A stretch of DNA of 64,000 bases from an uncultured Vicingus sp. (GTDB lineage: Bacteria; Bacteroidota; Bacteroidia; Flavobacteriales_E; Vicingaceae), in assembly GCA_964371285.1 (NCBI GenBank), contig CAYJMI010000002.1:880-64879 (forward strand), written 5' to 3'. Made by a program: the position numbers and the translations under genes. Positions 19,301 through 29,294 of the stretch are shown here, piece by piece; within the stretch, counting starts at the first letter, position 1; every line of letters begins with the position of its first letter. Below the pieces are notes generated by a model. It was given only the letters and a program-made list of their open reading frames with translations. It searched no databases and was not told the DNA's origin.

Positions 19301-20512
19301 TTAATGTCCGTGGCCTCCATCGTCCTCCGTATTTTTCATTTTAGCTAATAATGAAAATGTTCCTTTTGTTACTAATTGAATATTAGAAGCGTCCATGTTT
19401 TTAATAAACACTATTTCTGAATAACCATTCTCCACAACTCCTTTTTGTACTTCTAACATTTCAAAATGAATATTATCTCCTTCTTTTTCTTTTAATTGAT
19501 ACACAAAATATTTCCCGTCAAACATTACTATAGCTGATTCAGGAACAGCATTTACTTTATTCTCATTTAGCTCTACTAATGCATTAATATACATTCCTGG
19601 TAATAATTCCGCATCTTCATCATTTAAGTGAGCATGAACCCTAACTGAACGGTCGGCATCAATTTTACGTCCAATTAAATAAATTTCAGCCATACGTTCT
19701 TTATCATTTTCGTTCGGTAGTGTAAATCGTATTTTCTGACCTATCTTTAATTTAACAACATCTTTTTCATAAACAGTCAATTCGGCATGTAAATGTTCGG
19801 TATCTATAATTTCAAACATTACTTCACTTGGGTTTACGTATTTTCCAATATTTACATTAACCATTGACACATAGCCATTTATAGGTGAGTATATTTTTAC
19901 TTTTCTTGAAATATCATTTTCAGTAAAATTGCTAGCATTAATTCCAATAATAGCTAGTTTTTCTTCTAACCCTTTCACTTGGGCTTTCATACTCATTAAA
20001 TCAGATTTAGCTTGTTGAAAAACCTTTGCTGAATTTACATTTTCTTTATTCAGCTCTTCTTGCCTGTTAAACTCCAAGGACAAATATTCTAACTTACTTT
20101 TTTTGTCGATATAATCTTGTTGCAATTGAACATAATCAGGATGTTCCATTACGGCTAACACTTGCCCTTTTTTAATTTTCATACCTTGTAATAAATCTGT
20201 ACTTGATACGAAACCACCCAAGGGTGCAGAAACACTTACTAAATTTTGAGGTGGAACATCCATCACACCGTTTACTTTTAAAACATTACTCAATGTTTTT
20301 TGCTCAATTTTGCCTAATTCTATCTCTGCCATTTTATATTGAGCAGCTGTTAATTCTACCATTGTTTCTTCTTCATGGTGTCCTTCTTCACTATGTTCAT
20401 TATTTTCATTGGGTGTATTGCTACAGCTTGACAAAGTGAATAATGAAACAGCGATGATTAACAAATGTTTATTCGTTAACCTAAAATTTATTTTATTTAT
20501 ATCTATTTTCAT
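19301..20512 (-). CDS. Efflux RND periplasmic adaptor (CzcB-like) with His-rich termini
   Basis: Lipobox; EHSEEGHHEEE near the N-terminus and DDGGHGH at the C-terminus; HlyD-type core. Confidence 0.85.
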   Translation of the reverse strand: MKIDINKINFRLTNKHLLIIAVSLFTLSSCSNTPNENNEHSEEGHHEEETMVELTAAQYKMAEIELGKIEQKTLSNVLKVNGVMDVPPQNLVSVSAPLGGFVSSTDLLQGMKIKKGQVLAVMEHPDYVQLQQDYIDKKSKLEYLSLEFNRQEELNKENVNSAKVFQQAKSDLMSMKAQVKGLEEKLAIIGINASNFTENDISRKVKIYSPINGYVSMVNVNIGKYVNPSEVMFEIIDTEHLHAELTVYEKDVVKLKIGQKIRFTLPNENDKERMAEIYLIGRKIDADRSVRVHAHLNDEDAELLPGMYINALVELNENKVNAVPESAIVMFDGKYFVYQLKEKEGDNIHFEMLEVQKGVVENGYSEIVFIKNMDASNIQLVTKGTFSLLAKMKNTEDDGGHGH

Positions 20513-20535
20513 TTTGAAATATTTTAATGGTATAA

Positions 20536-23500
20536 TTATTTAATTCCAGCTAAAAATTCTAACTGAATAATTGCTTGATTATAGTTGTTTAAAGTTTCTA
20601 GCCAATTGGTTTGAATTTGTGTGGCTTGATTGATAGCTTGTACATATTCTACATAACCAATTGTTCCATTTTTAAACGCTTTTTGAGCATTTTTTAAAAT
20701 CAACTCTGATTGTGCAAGGGCATTTTCCTCATAATAGCTTAAACCACTTTTATACTTATTGTATTCATGAATAGCTTGTTGATACTTTCCTTCTAGTGAT
20801 TTTTGATATTGTTCGAAATTCGATTCGGCTATTTGGGTTCTCACTTTAGCTGCTTGTACTTTAGAAGTGTATGGTCGAAACCATAAAGGAATTGCAATAC
20901 CTATCTGAAAGCCACTAAATCGATCTCCCGAACCAAAATATTGCTCCGTTCCATTAACAGTTTGATTGCCAATCATTGATTGATTAAAATAACCAACTGT
21001 GAAATCAGGTAGTAGTTTTGCATTTTCCAACGATTTTCTTTCTTCTTCAATAACTACTTCTTGTTGCAAATAAGCTAAAGCAGGATTGTTTGAATATGCA
21101 GAACCTGTATTTAAGGAAGTAGTAATTTCTTTTTTTACTGCTTCTTGGTTTGATATGGTTATGCGTTCATTCGTATTTAGTAAAATTTCCAATTGATTTC
21201 TGAAAATCTTAACATCAGCATTTACTAACCTCAATTTATTTTTCAACTCCATTGCTTGTGTTTGAGCAGTTGTTTTTTCCAATAAATTAGATTCTCCTGT
21301 TTGATATTTTATTTCAGCAGCTTTTGAAAAATCAGCATAAATGCTATCTAATTTTATCAGTAATTTTAAATTAGATTGAGTATTTAGTAGTTTGTAATAA
21401 GTAACCTTTACTTCTGCAATCAACTCATTTTCTATTATTGCTTGTTGATACTGACTACTTTTTATACTGGAATTGGCAACTTTATTATTCTTTATGTAAA
21501 CTGTTGGAAAAGCAAAAGTTTGTGAGACACTAAAGTAATTGTCATTTTTCACAATGCTATTGTATTGACCATGTTGCCAATTAAATTGTGTTTTACCAAC
21601 ATCTGTACTTGTCTTTTTTTGCTGTTGGTTATATTCTACTTCCAATTTTGCAGATTTTACAGTTAAATTATTTTCCAATGCCATATTAATAGCTTCATGT
21701 AACGAAAGTGATTTTTCTTCCTGATAGTTATCGGGATCATTTTGAGCAAAGGTTAAAGCAGGAAGAAGCATCATTCCTATCATAATTAATGTAGTATTCA
21801 TCTTAACTTTTTTTATTCCTTTTTCAAAATAGATGTACAATACGGGCAATACAATTAATGTTAGTAGTGTTGCTGTTAATAATCCACCTATTACAACTGT
21901 TGCCAATGGGCGTTGCACTTCTGCTCCAGACGAACCAGACAATGCCATTGGCAAAAACCCACAAGAGGCAACCAAAGCAGTCATTAAAACTGGTCTTAGC
22001 CGTATTTCAGTTCCTTTCAATACAATCTCTTTTAAATCAGTCATTCCGTCTTTCTTTAATCTGTTGAACTCTCCAATTAAGACAATCCCATTTAATACAG
22101 CTACACCAAATAAAGCAATGAATCCAATACCTGCGGATATACTAAATGGCATTCCTCTTAAATACAGGGCAAAAACACCTCCAATTGCAGACAATGGAAT
22201 GGCTGTAAAAATTAGCAATGATTGTTTTATAGACTTGAAAGTAAAAAACAGCAAAATAAAAATGAGAAAAAGTGCAACAGGAACAGCAATAGATAGTCTT
22301 TGCCTAGCTTCTACCAAATTCTCAAATTGCCCTCCGTAAGTTGGATAATAACCCACTGGAAAATCAATTTTAGCATCTATTTTATTTTTGATTTCATCTA
22401 CAATACTCTCTACATCACGATTTCTAACATTAAATCCAATGGTAATTCTACGTTTGGTGTCATCTCGTTGTATTTGATTAGGACCATCTTGAAACGAAAC
22501 ATTAGCCACCTGATTTAACGGTATCTGATGACCATCAGGAGTTGTAACAAATAAATTACTTACGTTTTCTATCTCTTCACGGTGTTGTTTATCAAATCGA
22601 ACCACTATATCAAACTTTCTTTCTCCTTCATAAACCACACCTGCAGATTTTCCTGCAAAAGCGGTTTCTATTACCGTGTTTACATCTTGAATATTTAACC
22701 CATATTTGGCAATTTCATCACGATTAAATTCAATTTGGATTTGTGGTAATCCTTCTACTTGCTCAACGTATAAATCGGATGCTCCATTAACTGTTTTAAC
22801 GATTCCACCAACCTTATTAGCGTATTCGGACAAGACAGCTAAATCATCTCCGTATATTTTAATCACCACATCCTGTCTAGCTCCTGTCATTAATTCATTA
22901 AATCGCATTTGAATGGGTTGTTGAAATCCAAAAGTTACCCCTGGAATTACAGCCAAGGCTTCACCCATTTTTTCAGCTAATTCTTCTCTGGTTTGAGCAC
23001 TTGTCCATTCATCTTTATCTTTTAAAATAATCATTAAATCACAAGCTTCTACTGGCATTGGGTCTGTCGGGATTTCTCCTGAACCAATTTTTCCAACGAC
23101 TTGTATTACTTCGGGAAAGTTTACGAGTAAAACTTTTTCTGCCTTTGTTGCAGCATCAACTGTTTCAGATAAAGAACTCCCTGTCATTACACGAGTTTCA
23201 ACGGCAAAATCTCCTTCATCCAATGTAGGTATAAACTCTCCTCCCATATTCATAAACGTAAAAATGCTCAATAAAAACAAACCACTAGAAACCAATATAA
23301 CGGATCCTTTATGCTTTAGTGCTGTATGAATAAACGGTGAATAAATTCGTTGAAAAAACTCCATTAACTTGTCGGAAATGTTCTTTTTATAAGCGGTTTT
23401 TCTACTCAGCACCAATGCCGACATCATTGGCACATAGGTTAAGGATAAAATGAAAGCTCCTAAAATGGCAAAAGATACTGTTTGAGCCATAGGTTTAAAC

Positions 23501-24930
23501 ATCTTTCCTTCCACACCTACCAATGCCAAAATAGGCAAGTAAACAATCAGAATAATAATTTCTCCAAATGCTGCTGAGCTTCTAATTTTTGTAGAAGCGA
23601 TATAAACTTGCTCATTCATTTGCTTTCTTGTAAGCAATGATGTGCCTGATAATTGTTTATTGTGTACAAGTATTCGATGTACAATACTTTCAACAATAAT
23701 TACCGCTCCATCTACAATTAATCCAAAATCAATGGCTCCTAAACTCATTAAATTACCTGAAACGCCAAACAAATTCATCATCCCAAATGCAAATAACATG
23801 GCTAATGGAATAACGGAAGCAACGACTAATCCAGCTCTAACATTCCCAAGTAAAAGAATCAAGATAAAAATGACAATTAATGCTCCTTCTAACAAATTTT
23901 TTGTCACAGTTCCAATGGCATTATCAACTAATTTTGTTCTATCTAAAAAAGGTTCAATTACTACACCTTCAGGTAATGTTTTTTCTATTTGGATTATTCG
24001 CTCTTTAATGTTCTCAATTACTTTAGCTGAGTTTTCTCCTTTCAACATCATGACAATAGAACTCACAACTTCCCCTTCTCCATTTCGGGTTGATGCTCCG
24101 TAACGAACAGCACTTCCATATTGAACGATAGCTGCATCTCTAATCAAAACAGGATTCCCAGATGGATTATTTTTAATCACAATCTTTTCTATATCTTCAA
24201 TACTCCCAACCATTCCTTCACTTCTAATAAAGTAAGCATTCGGCTTTTTATCTATATAAGCTCCTCCGGTATTTTGATTGTTTTTTTCTAGAGCAGTAAA
24301 AACATCAGAAATACTGATGTTCATACTTCGTAATTTTTCTGGGTTAATGGCTATTTCATATTGCTTCAAGTAACCACCAAAACTACTTACATCAGCTACT
24401 CCGGGTGTACCCAATAATTGTCGTTTGATAATCCAGTCCTGGATGGTTCTAAGCTCCATTGCAGAATACTTATCCTCATAACCTTTTTTAGTATGCACAA
24501 CATATTGGTAAATTTCTCCCAACCCCGTAGTTACAGGAGCCATTTCAGGAGTTCCAATACCCTTTGGAATTTGATTTTTAGCCTCCGTAAGCCTTTCGTT
24601 TACTTGCTGTCTTGCCCAATAGACATCAACATTTTCTTTAAATACAATGGTTACAACTGACAATCCAAAACGAGAAAAAGAGCGTATCTCTTCTATCTCT
24701 GGAATAGTTGCCATCGTGATTTCAACAGGAAATGTAATAAGTTTTTCTACTTCCTGTGCTGCCAATGAAGAAGCAATCGTGATTACTTGTACTTGATTAT
24801 TGGTAATATCTGGAACTGCATCTATGGGAAGTTGCTTTAAGGAATAACTCCCCCATGCAATTAGACCTAATATCATAAGGACTATTACCAATTTATTTTT
24901 TATGGAAAATCCAATTAATTTATCTATCAT
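20536..24930 (-). CDS. CusA/CzcA RND permease (aa 1-1043) fused in frame to a TolC-family outer-membrane factor (aa 1044-1464)
   Basis: No stop between ...VLPVLYIYFEKGIKKVK and MNTTLIMIGMMLLPALTFAQ, an intact signal peptide with its internal ATG at 21801. The downstream 421 aa have an outer-membrane-factor repeat pattern. Confidence 0.9.
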   Translation of the reverse strand: MIDKLIGFSIKNKLVIVLMILGLIAWGSYSLKQLPIDAVPDITNNQVQVITIASSLAAQEVEKLITFPVEITMATIPEIEEIRSFSRFGLSVVTIVFKENVDVYWARQQVNERLTEAKNQIPKGIGTPEMAPVTTGLGEIYQYVVHTKKGYEDKYSAMELRTIQDWIIKRQLLGTPGVADVSSFGGYLKQYEIAINPEKLRSMNISISDVFTALEKNNQNTGGAYIDKKPNAYFIRSEGMVGSIEDIEKIVIKNNPSGNPVLIRDAAIVQYGSAVRYGASTRNGEGEVVSSIVMMLKGENSAKVIENIKERIIQIEKTLPEGVVIEPFLDRTKLVDNAIGTVTKNLLEGALIVIFILILLLGNVRAGLVVASVIPLAMLFAFGMMNLFGVSGNLMSLGAIDFGLIVDGAVIIVESIVHRILVHNKQLSGTSLLTRKQMNEQVYIASTKIRSSAAFGEIIILIVYLPILALVGVEGKMFKPMAQTVSFAILGAFILSLTYVPMMSALVLSRKTAYKKNISDKLMEFFQRIYSPFIHTALKHKGSVILVSSGLFLLSIFTFMNMGGEFIPTLDEGDFAVETRVMTGSSLSETVDAATKAEKVLLVNFPEVIQVVGKIGSGEIPTDPMPVEACDLMIILKDKDEWTSAQTREELAEKMGEALAVIPGVTFGFQQPIQMRFNELMTGARQDVVIKIYGDDLAVLSEYANKVGGIVKTVNGASDLYVEQVEGLPQIQIEFNRDEIAKYGLNIQDVNTVIETAFAGKSAGVVYEGERKFDIVVRFDKQHREEIENVSNLFVTTPDGHQIPLNQVANVSFQDGPNQIQRDDTKRRITIGFNVRNRDVESIVDEIKNKIDAKIDFPVGYYPTYGGQFENLVEARQRLSIAVPVALFLIFILLFFTFKSIKQSLLIFTAIPLSAIGGVFALYLRGMPFSISAGIGFIALFGVAVLNGIVLIGEFNRLKKDGMTDLKEIVLKGTEIRLRPVLMTALVASCGFLPMALSGSSGAEVQRPLATVVIGGLLTATLLTLIVLPVLYIYFEKGIKKVKMNTTLIMIGMMLLPALTFAQNDPDNYQEEKSLSLHEAINMALENNLTVKSAKLEVEYNQQQKKTSTDVGKTQFNWQHGQYNSIVKNDNYFSVSQTFAFPTVYIKNNKVANSSIKSSQYQQAIIENELIAEVKVTYYKLLNTQSNLKLLIKLDSIYADFSKAAEIKYQTGESNLLEKTTAQTQAMELKNKLRLVNADVKIFRNQLEILLNTNERITISNQEAVKKEITTSLNTGSAYSNNPALAYLQQEVVIEEERKSLENAKLLPDFTVGYFNQSMIGNQTVNGTEQYFGSGDRFSGFQIGIAIPLWFRPYTSKVQAAKVRTQIAESNFEQYQKSLEGKYQQAIHEYNKYKSGLSYYEENALAQSELILKNAQKAFKNGTIGYVEYVQAINQATQIQTNWLETLNNYNQAIIQLEFLAGIK

Positions 24931-25018
24931 AATAGATTATTTTCTTGTTATTAATATAAAATGAAGTCTCCTTGAAGGAATTCAAGGGAAACAAATGGTG
25001 TAATTCAATTACGCCTGA

Positions 25019-25507
25019 TTAACAAGAAAATGATGGAGGACCTCTATGAGGTGAGGATTTGACGAGCGATAATTGATAATCGTCAACAAAAACAGTATTA
25101 AATTCTTGATAAGATTCAATTGTAGTAGAGTCAACAAAAACAGCGAATAAAACTGCTATGATTTTTGTTTTTGATAACCCTTTATAATCAGTACTATTTA
25201 TTTCTGATGTGGTAAAATGTGGATGAATTATGTCGGATTGTGGATGTTCTAATTCACTTAAAAAACATTCAACAATACACAAAATATCTTCACAAGAATA
25301 TTTTTTAATAGCAATACTCTCATCATCAATTATTTTAGCTTGAACATGATTATGATGCTCATGTTGAGAAACAGATTGATTAATTTCAACATGCTCCGTT
25401 ACATCATTAAAACAGTGACAATGAGGTATTAATTCAACTGCAAAAGCAAAAGAATAAGTCAATAATAAAAAGACAGCTATTATTGGTTTAATCAATTTCA
25501 TTACCAC
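25019..25507 (-). CDS. HYC_CC_PP-like small protein at the head of the second RND operon
   Basis: N-terminal anchor; IPHCHCF; HEHHNH; C-terminal SSPHRGPPSFSC. The likely true start is the ATG at 25501, 5 nt after a TATATTTG box. Confidence 0.5.
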   Translation of the reverse strand: MVMKLIKPIIAVFLLLTYSFAFAVELIPHCHCFNDVTEHVEINQSVSQHEHHNHVQAKIIDDESIAIKKYSCEDILCIVECFLSELEHPQSDIIHPHFTTSEINSTDYKGLSKTKIIAVLFAVFVDSTTIESYQEFNTVFVDDYQLSLVKSSPHRGPPSFSC

Positions 25508-25514
25508 AAATATA
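25507..25514 (-). promoter_or_regulatory. Bacteroidota -7 promoter box TAtaTTTG
   Basis: Minus-strand TATATTTG sits 5 nt upstream of the ATG at 25501. Confidence 0.35.
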
Positions 25515-25574
25515 ATAAGTTAATATTTAACACTTAAATTATTATGGAAATTTAACATTTAGAGTTAACTAATT

Positions 25575-25600
25575 ATATTTTTAGATTAATCTAAAAATAT
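25575..25600. promoter_or_regulatory. 26-bp perfect palindrome, candidate operator in a divergent promoter region
   Basis: atatttttagattaatctaaaaatat is its own reverse complement. It lies 5 nt upstream of the plus-strand -7 box. Confidence 0.5.
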
Positions 25601-25604
25601 TTAG

Positions 25605-25612
25605 TAGGTTTG
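25605..25612 (+). promoter_or_regulatory. Bacteroidota -7 promoter box TAggTTTG
   Basis: 16 nt upstream of the ATG at 25629. Confidence 0.35.
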
Positions 25613-25628
25613 CAAAAAAATAAACTCT

Positions 25629-26813
25629 ATGAATAAATTTATTGCTTTTACTATTTGTTCTTTAACAATAGTGGCATGTGAAAAAACAATGCCATTTGCA
25701 CCAGAAGAAAATGAATTATTTGATGGACCCATTGCAGGACTTTCAACTGCCGAACAAATTCAGTTTCTTAAAGGAGATGAAGCTTTTGGAGATGTATTTA
25801 CAATCGAAGAAGGACTAGGCCCTGTATTTGTTGCCAATCAGTGTGCCAGTTGTCACGCTGGAGATGGAAAAGGTTCTCCTTTTGTAAAATTTACCCGATT
25901 TGGACAACCTGACACATTGGGCAACCAATTTCTAAATTTTGGAGGTCCACAACTTCAGCACAAAGCGATTCCTGGATACCTACCTGAACAATTACCCTCT
26001 GGTGCAACATCAACAGATTTAATTGCTCCTGCTGTATCGGGTCTTGGCTTTTTAGATGCTGTAAGCGATGCCGACTTAATCTCACTATCCGATCCGAATG
26101 ATGCAAATGGAGATGGAATAAGCGGAAGGCCTCATTGGAATAATATCCCTAATTATGTTCAGCTCAGACCTAATTCAATTTCTCAAAATGGGAGATATAT
26201 CACTCGGTTTGGAAAAAAAGGAAGCGCTTATGATTTACTTCACCAAACTTCTGGAGCATATAATCAAGATATGGGAATTACTTCTTTATTTGAACCAATT
26301 GACCCCTATAGTGGATTAGAATTTGATCCAGAGGTAAGCACACAAACCGTTCATAATGTGGTGTTTTATTTGAAGACTTTAAAAGCACCACTTCCAAGAA
26401 ATCAAGATGATGCTGAAGTGATTGTGGGTAAACAACTATTTTCTCAACTTGATTGTGCGAAATGTCACATTCCAACACTTCAAACTTCATATTCAAAAAT
26501 TGCTGGATTGTCAAATAAAATATTTCATCCTTATACAGATTTATTGTTGCACGATATGGGGGCAGGATTAGATGATGGTTATACAGAAGGATTCGCATTA
26601 ACCTCGGAATGGAAAACACCTGCACTTTGGGGACTTGGGCTATCCAAAAATGCTCAAGGGGGAACATATTTTTTACTACATGATGGTCGTGCAAGGAGTA
26701 TTGAAGAAGCTATTTTGTTACATGGAGGAGAAGCTCAGCAATCAAAAACGAAATACAACCAACTCTCCGAGACTGAAAAGCAACAGTTAATCAAGTTCTT
26801 AGAATCACTTTAG
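25629..26813 (+). CDS. Di-haem cytochrome c family oxidoreductase (DUF1111/peroxidase-like)
   Basis: Lipoprotein signal; two CxxCH motifs (CASCHAGDG and CAKCHIP) at the spacing typical of this family. Confidence 0.7.
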   Translation: MNKFIAFTICSLTIVACEKTMPFAPEENELFDGPIAGLSTAEQIQFLKGDEAFGDVFTIEEGLGPVFVANQCASCHAGDGKGSPFVKFTRFGQPDTLGNQFLNFGGPQLQHKAIPGYLPEQLPSGATSTDLIAPAVSGLGFLDAVSDADLISLSDPNDANGDGISGRPHWNNIPNYVQLRPNSISQNGRYITRFGKKGSAYDLLHQTSGAYNQDMGITSLFEPIDPYSGLEFDPEVSTQTVHNVVFYLKTLKAPLPRNQDDAEVIVGKQLFSQLDCAKCHIPTLQTSYSKIAGLSNKIFHPYTDLLLHDMGAGLDDGYTEGFALTSEWKTPALWGLGLSKNAQGGTYFLLHDGRARSIEEAILLHGGEAQQSKTKYNQLSETEKQQLIKFLESL

Positions 26814-26817
26814 TAAT

Positions 26818-27255
26818 ATGGAACGTAGAAAATTTATCAAAACTTGTTGCTATTCCGCTATTGGTATTCCAATAGTTGCTACACTCGTGCAATCGTGCGG
26901 AGGAATTTATTATGCTACTACAAATCATAATAATGGAAGATTGGCTATTTCAAAATCAGAATTCATCCAGACAAAAAAAAATAAGAAAATCAACAGAAAA
27001 TATGTTATTATAAAAACAGAAGCCCTTGATTTTCCTATTTGCATTTATAATACAGGGGAGAATACTTATTCCGTTTCATTACTTAAATGTACACACAGGG
27101 GTTGTGAATTAAATGTTGGTGGGGGTATTTATACATGCCCGTGTCATGGAAGTGAATTCTCGATTACCGGAAAAGTATTAGAAGGACCAGCAGATAAAAA
27201 TTTAATGACATTCAAAACAGAAACAGATAATGAAAATATTTATATCTATATCTAA
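26818..27255 (+). CDS. Rieske [2Fe-2S] domain protein with twin-arginine signal
   Basis: MERRKFIKT Tat motif; CTHRGCEL...CPCHGSEF Rieske ligands. Confidence 0.8.
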   Translation: MERRKFIKTCCYSAIGIPIVATLVQSCGGIYYATTNHNNGRLAISKSEFIQTKKNKKINRKYVIIKTEALDFPICIYNTGENTYSVSLLKCTHRGCELNVGGGIYTCPCHGSEFSITGKVLEGPADKNLMTFKTETDNENIYIYI

Positions 27256-28477
27256 ACAAGTCTTAATTGCTTGTTTACTTTGCACTATAATAAGCAACAT
27301 TCAAGCACAAATTATCGACTCGGTTATTACCCGTGTTCCTCTTGATACTTCAAAAACTTCATTAAATATGGATGCGGTTTACAACCGCCCTTTCCTTACT
27401 ACGGATAAATTGCCTGTTGCTTTAGGGGGTTATTTGGAGGCTAATTCTTTTTATAGTTCTGAAGATGGAGTTTCAGAGGGATTATCATTTCAAGCAAGAA
27501 GATTAACCGTTTTTATGTCTGCATCTATCAGTAAGCGAATTAAATTTTTATCCGAAATAGAATTTGAAGATGGAACAAAAGAAATAGGGATAGAATTTGC
27601 AGCAATGGATGTAACGTTTCATCCTGTTTTTAATTTTAGAGGAGGAATCATCATGAACCCAATAGGTGCATTTAATCAAAATCATGATGGTCCTAAATGG
27701 GAATTTGTCGAACGTCCAGATGTAGCCGTAAATATGTTGCCTGCAACATGGTCTAATGCCGGATTCGGTTTATTTGGTAAAACACACAAGAAAAATTGGG
27801 TATTTGGGTATGAAGTTTATCTGACAAATGGCTTTGATAATAGCATTATTGATAATGAAGAAAACAAAACATTTCTGCCAGCAGCTAAAGAAAATAAGGA
27901 ACGATTTGAAGAAAGTAACAATGGTAAAGCTCTTATTACTGGAAAACTTGCTATTAAAAATAGAAAAATAGGTGAAATAGGCTTGTCATACATGGGAGGT
28001 ATTTATAATAAATTTGAAGAAGATGGACTTATTCTTGATGAACAGAGAAGACTTGACGTTTTTGCTGTTGATTTTAACACCACTATCAAAAAAACTGCTA
28101 CTTATATTGTTGGAGAATATGTTGTAGCAACTATTGATGTTCCTGACACATACACTCAACAATTTGGCAGTAAACAACAAGGCTTTTTTGTTGATGTGGT
28201 TCAAACTATTTTTAAAAGAAAAATATTAGATTGGGAAAATGCAAGTTTCAATCTTGCTGCAAGATTAGATTATGTCGATTGGAATGTAGGAACATTTAAA
28301 GAAACTGGAACAAATATAGGAGAAGATTTATGGGCTATATCACCAGCTATAAGCTTTAGACCAACTTCACAAACTGTTTTCAGATTAAATTACAGGTATC
28401 AATGGCAAAAAGATATTTTAAATAATCCTCCCTCATTAACCGCAGCATGGCTTTTTGGTTTTAGCACTTATTTTTAA
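27230..28477 (+). CDS. Putative outer-membrane beta-barrel/porin-like protein
   Basis: Signal peptide, alternating beta-strand pattern, C-terminal aromatic residue (..FGFSTYF). Confidence 0.45.
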   Translation: MKIFISISKQVLIACLLCTIISNIQAQIIDSVITRVPLDTSKTSLNMDAVYNRPFLTTDKLPVALGGYLEANSFYSSEDGVSEGLSFQARRLTVFMSASISKRIKFLSEIEFEDGTKEIGIEFAAMDVTFHPVFNFRGGIIMNPIGAFNQNHDGPKWEFVERPDVAVNMLPATWSNAGFGLFGKTHKKNWVFGYEVYLTNGFDNSIIDNEENKTFLPAAKENKERFEESNNGKALITGKLAIKNRKIGEIGLSYMGGIYNKFEEDGLILDEQRRLDVFAVDFNTTIKKTATYIVGEYVVATIDVPDTYTQQFGSKQQGFFVDVVQTIFKRKILDWENASFNLAARLDYVDWNVGTFKETGTNIGEDLWAISPAISFRPTSQTVFRLNYRYQWQKDILNNPPSLTAAWLFGFSTYF

Positions 28478-28482
28478 TCCCA

Positions 28483-28689
28483 TTAACAACAATTTTTGCT
28501 TTCCTGAATAGGAGGACAAGGAACCGACCCATAAGAACAATACACACAACAATCATTGTTAATGGGTTTTAGAACCGTTTTACATTTCTCACATTCGTAG
28601 AAATATTGACAAGCATCTGTCGGCATTGTTTCTTCTTTTTTATGTCCACAATTAGGACAAGTAATAGTTGATTTTAATTCTAGGGTCAT
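28483..28689 (-). CDS. GDCCVxC-motif cysteine-rich small protein
   Basis: Zinc-ribbon-like CPNCGH ... CEKCK and NDCCVYCSYGSVPCPP; overlaps the merTP stop. Confidence 0.7.
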   Translation of the reverse strand: MTLELKSTITCPNCGHKKEETMPTDACQYFYECEKCKTVLKPINNDCCVYCSYGSVPCPPIQESKNCC

Positions 28690-29294
28690 TTTTTCTCGAT
28701 TTTAGTTATTTTATATCCTGTTGAATTTACCGCTTCCTCAATTTCTAATATATTAGTTTGAGTGTTATCAAACTCAATAGTTGCTTTTCTTTTAGTATAA
28801 GAAGTTTTTACCGCTACAATTCCTGATAGCTCTTTTACCGCATGATTCACATGGTTTTGGCAAGCATCACAAGTCATCCCTTCTATACTTACTTCAATTT
28901 TCTGAATATTTGAATTATTCACTACAACTACTTCTTGTTGATTATCTAGGAAAAATATTCCTGAATAATAAGGTAAGGTAATTGAAATAGATGCAAATAA
29001 AGTAATCCCTACTAAAAAGCCTTTGGTTTGATACCACTTCGGTTTTTCAATATCGCAGTCACAATCATCGACTTTAGTAGGTTTTAAATAATTATACCAA
29101 GCATATCCAATAGCGATAACTGCTAATCCAATTAAGTAAGGTCGAAAAGGTTCTATCCATGATAAACTTCCAACAGCTCCACCAACTCCTGCTATGGCTG
29201 CAATTACAGGTGGAATACAACAAGAAGATGCAGCCAATGCTGCAATAATACCAGTTGTAACAGCTCCTTTTGATTTTTTGTTTTGGTTCTTCAT
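28686..29294 (-). CDS. merTP: Mercuric transport protein MerT-like fused to an HMA (MerP-like) domain
   Basis: AASSCCIPPVIAAIAG in TM1; C-terminal GMTCDACQNHVNHAVKEL HMA domain. Confidence 0.8.
   Translation of the reverse strand: MKNQNKKSKGAVTTGIIAALAASSCCIPPVIAAIAGVGGAVGSLSWIEPFRPYLIGLAVIAIGYAWYNYLKPTKVDDCDCDIEKPKWYQTKGFLVGITLFASISITLPYYSGIFFLDNQQEVVVVNNSNIQKIEVSIEGMTCDACQNHVNHAVKELSGIVAVKTSYTKRKATIEFDNTQTNILEIEEAVNSTGYKITKIEKK

Noticed and set aside
26278-26694. 138-aa minus-strand ORF
   Set aside because: It is antisense within the di-haem cytochrome gene, whose CxxCH motifs support the plus frame.
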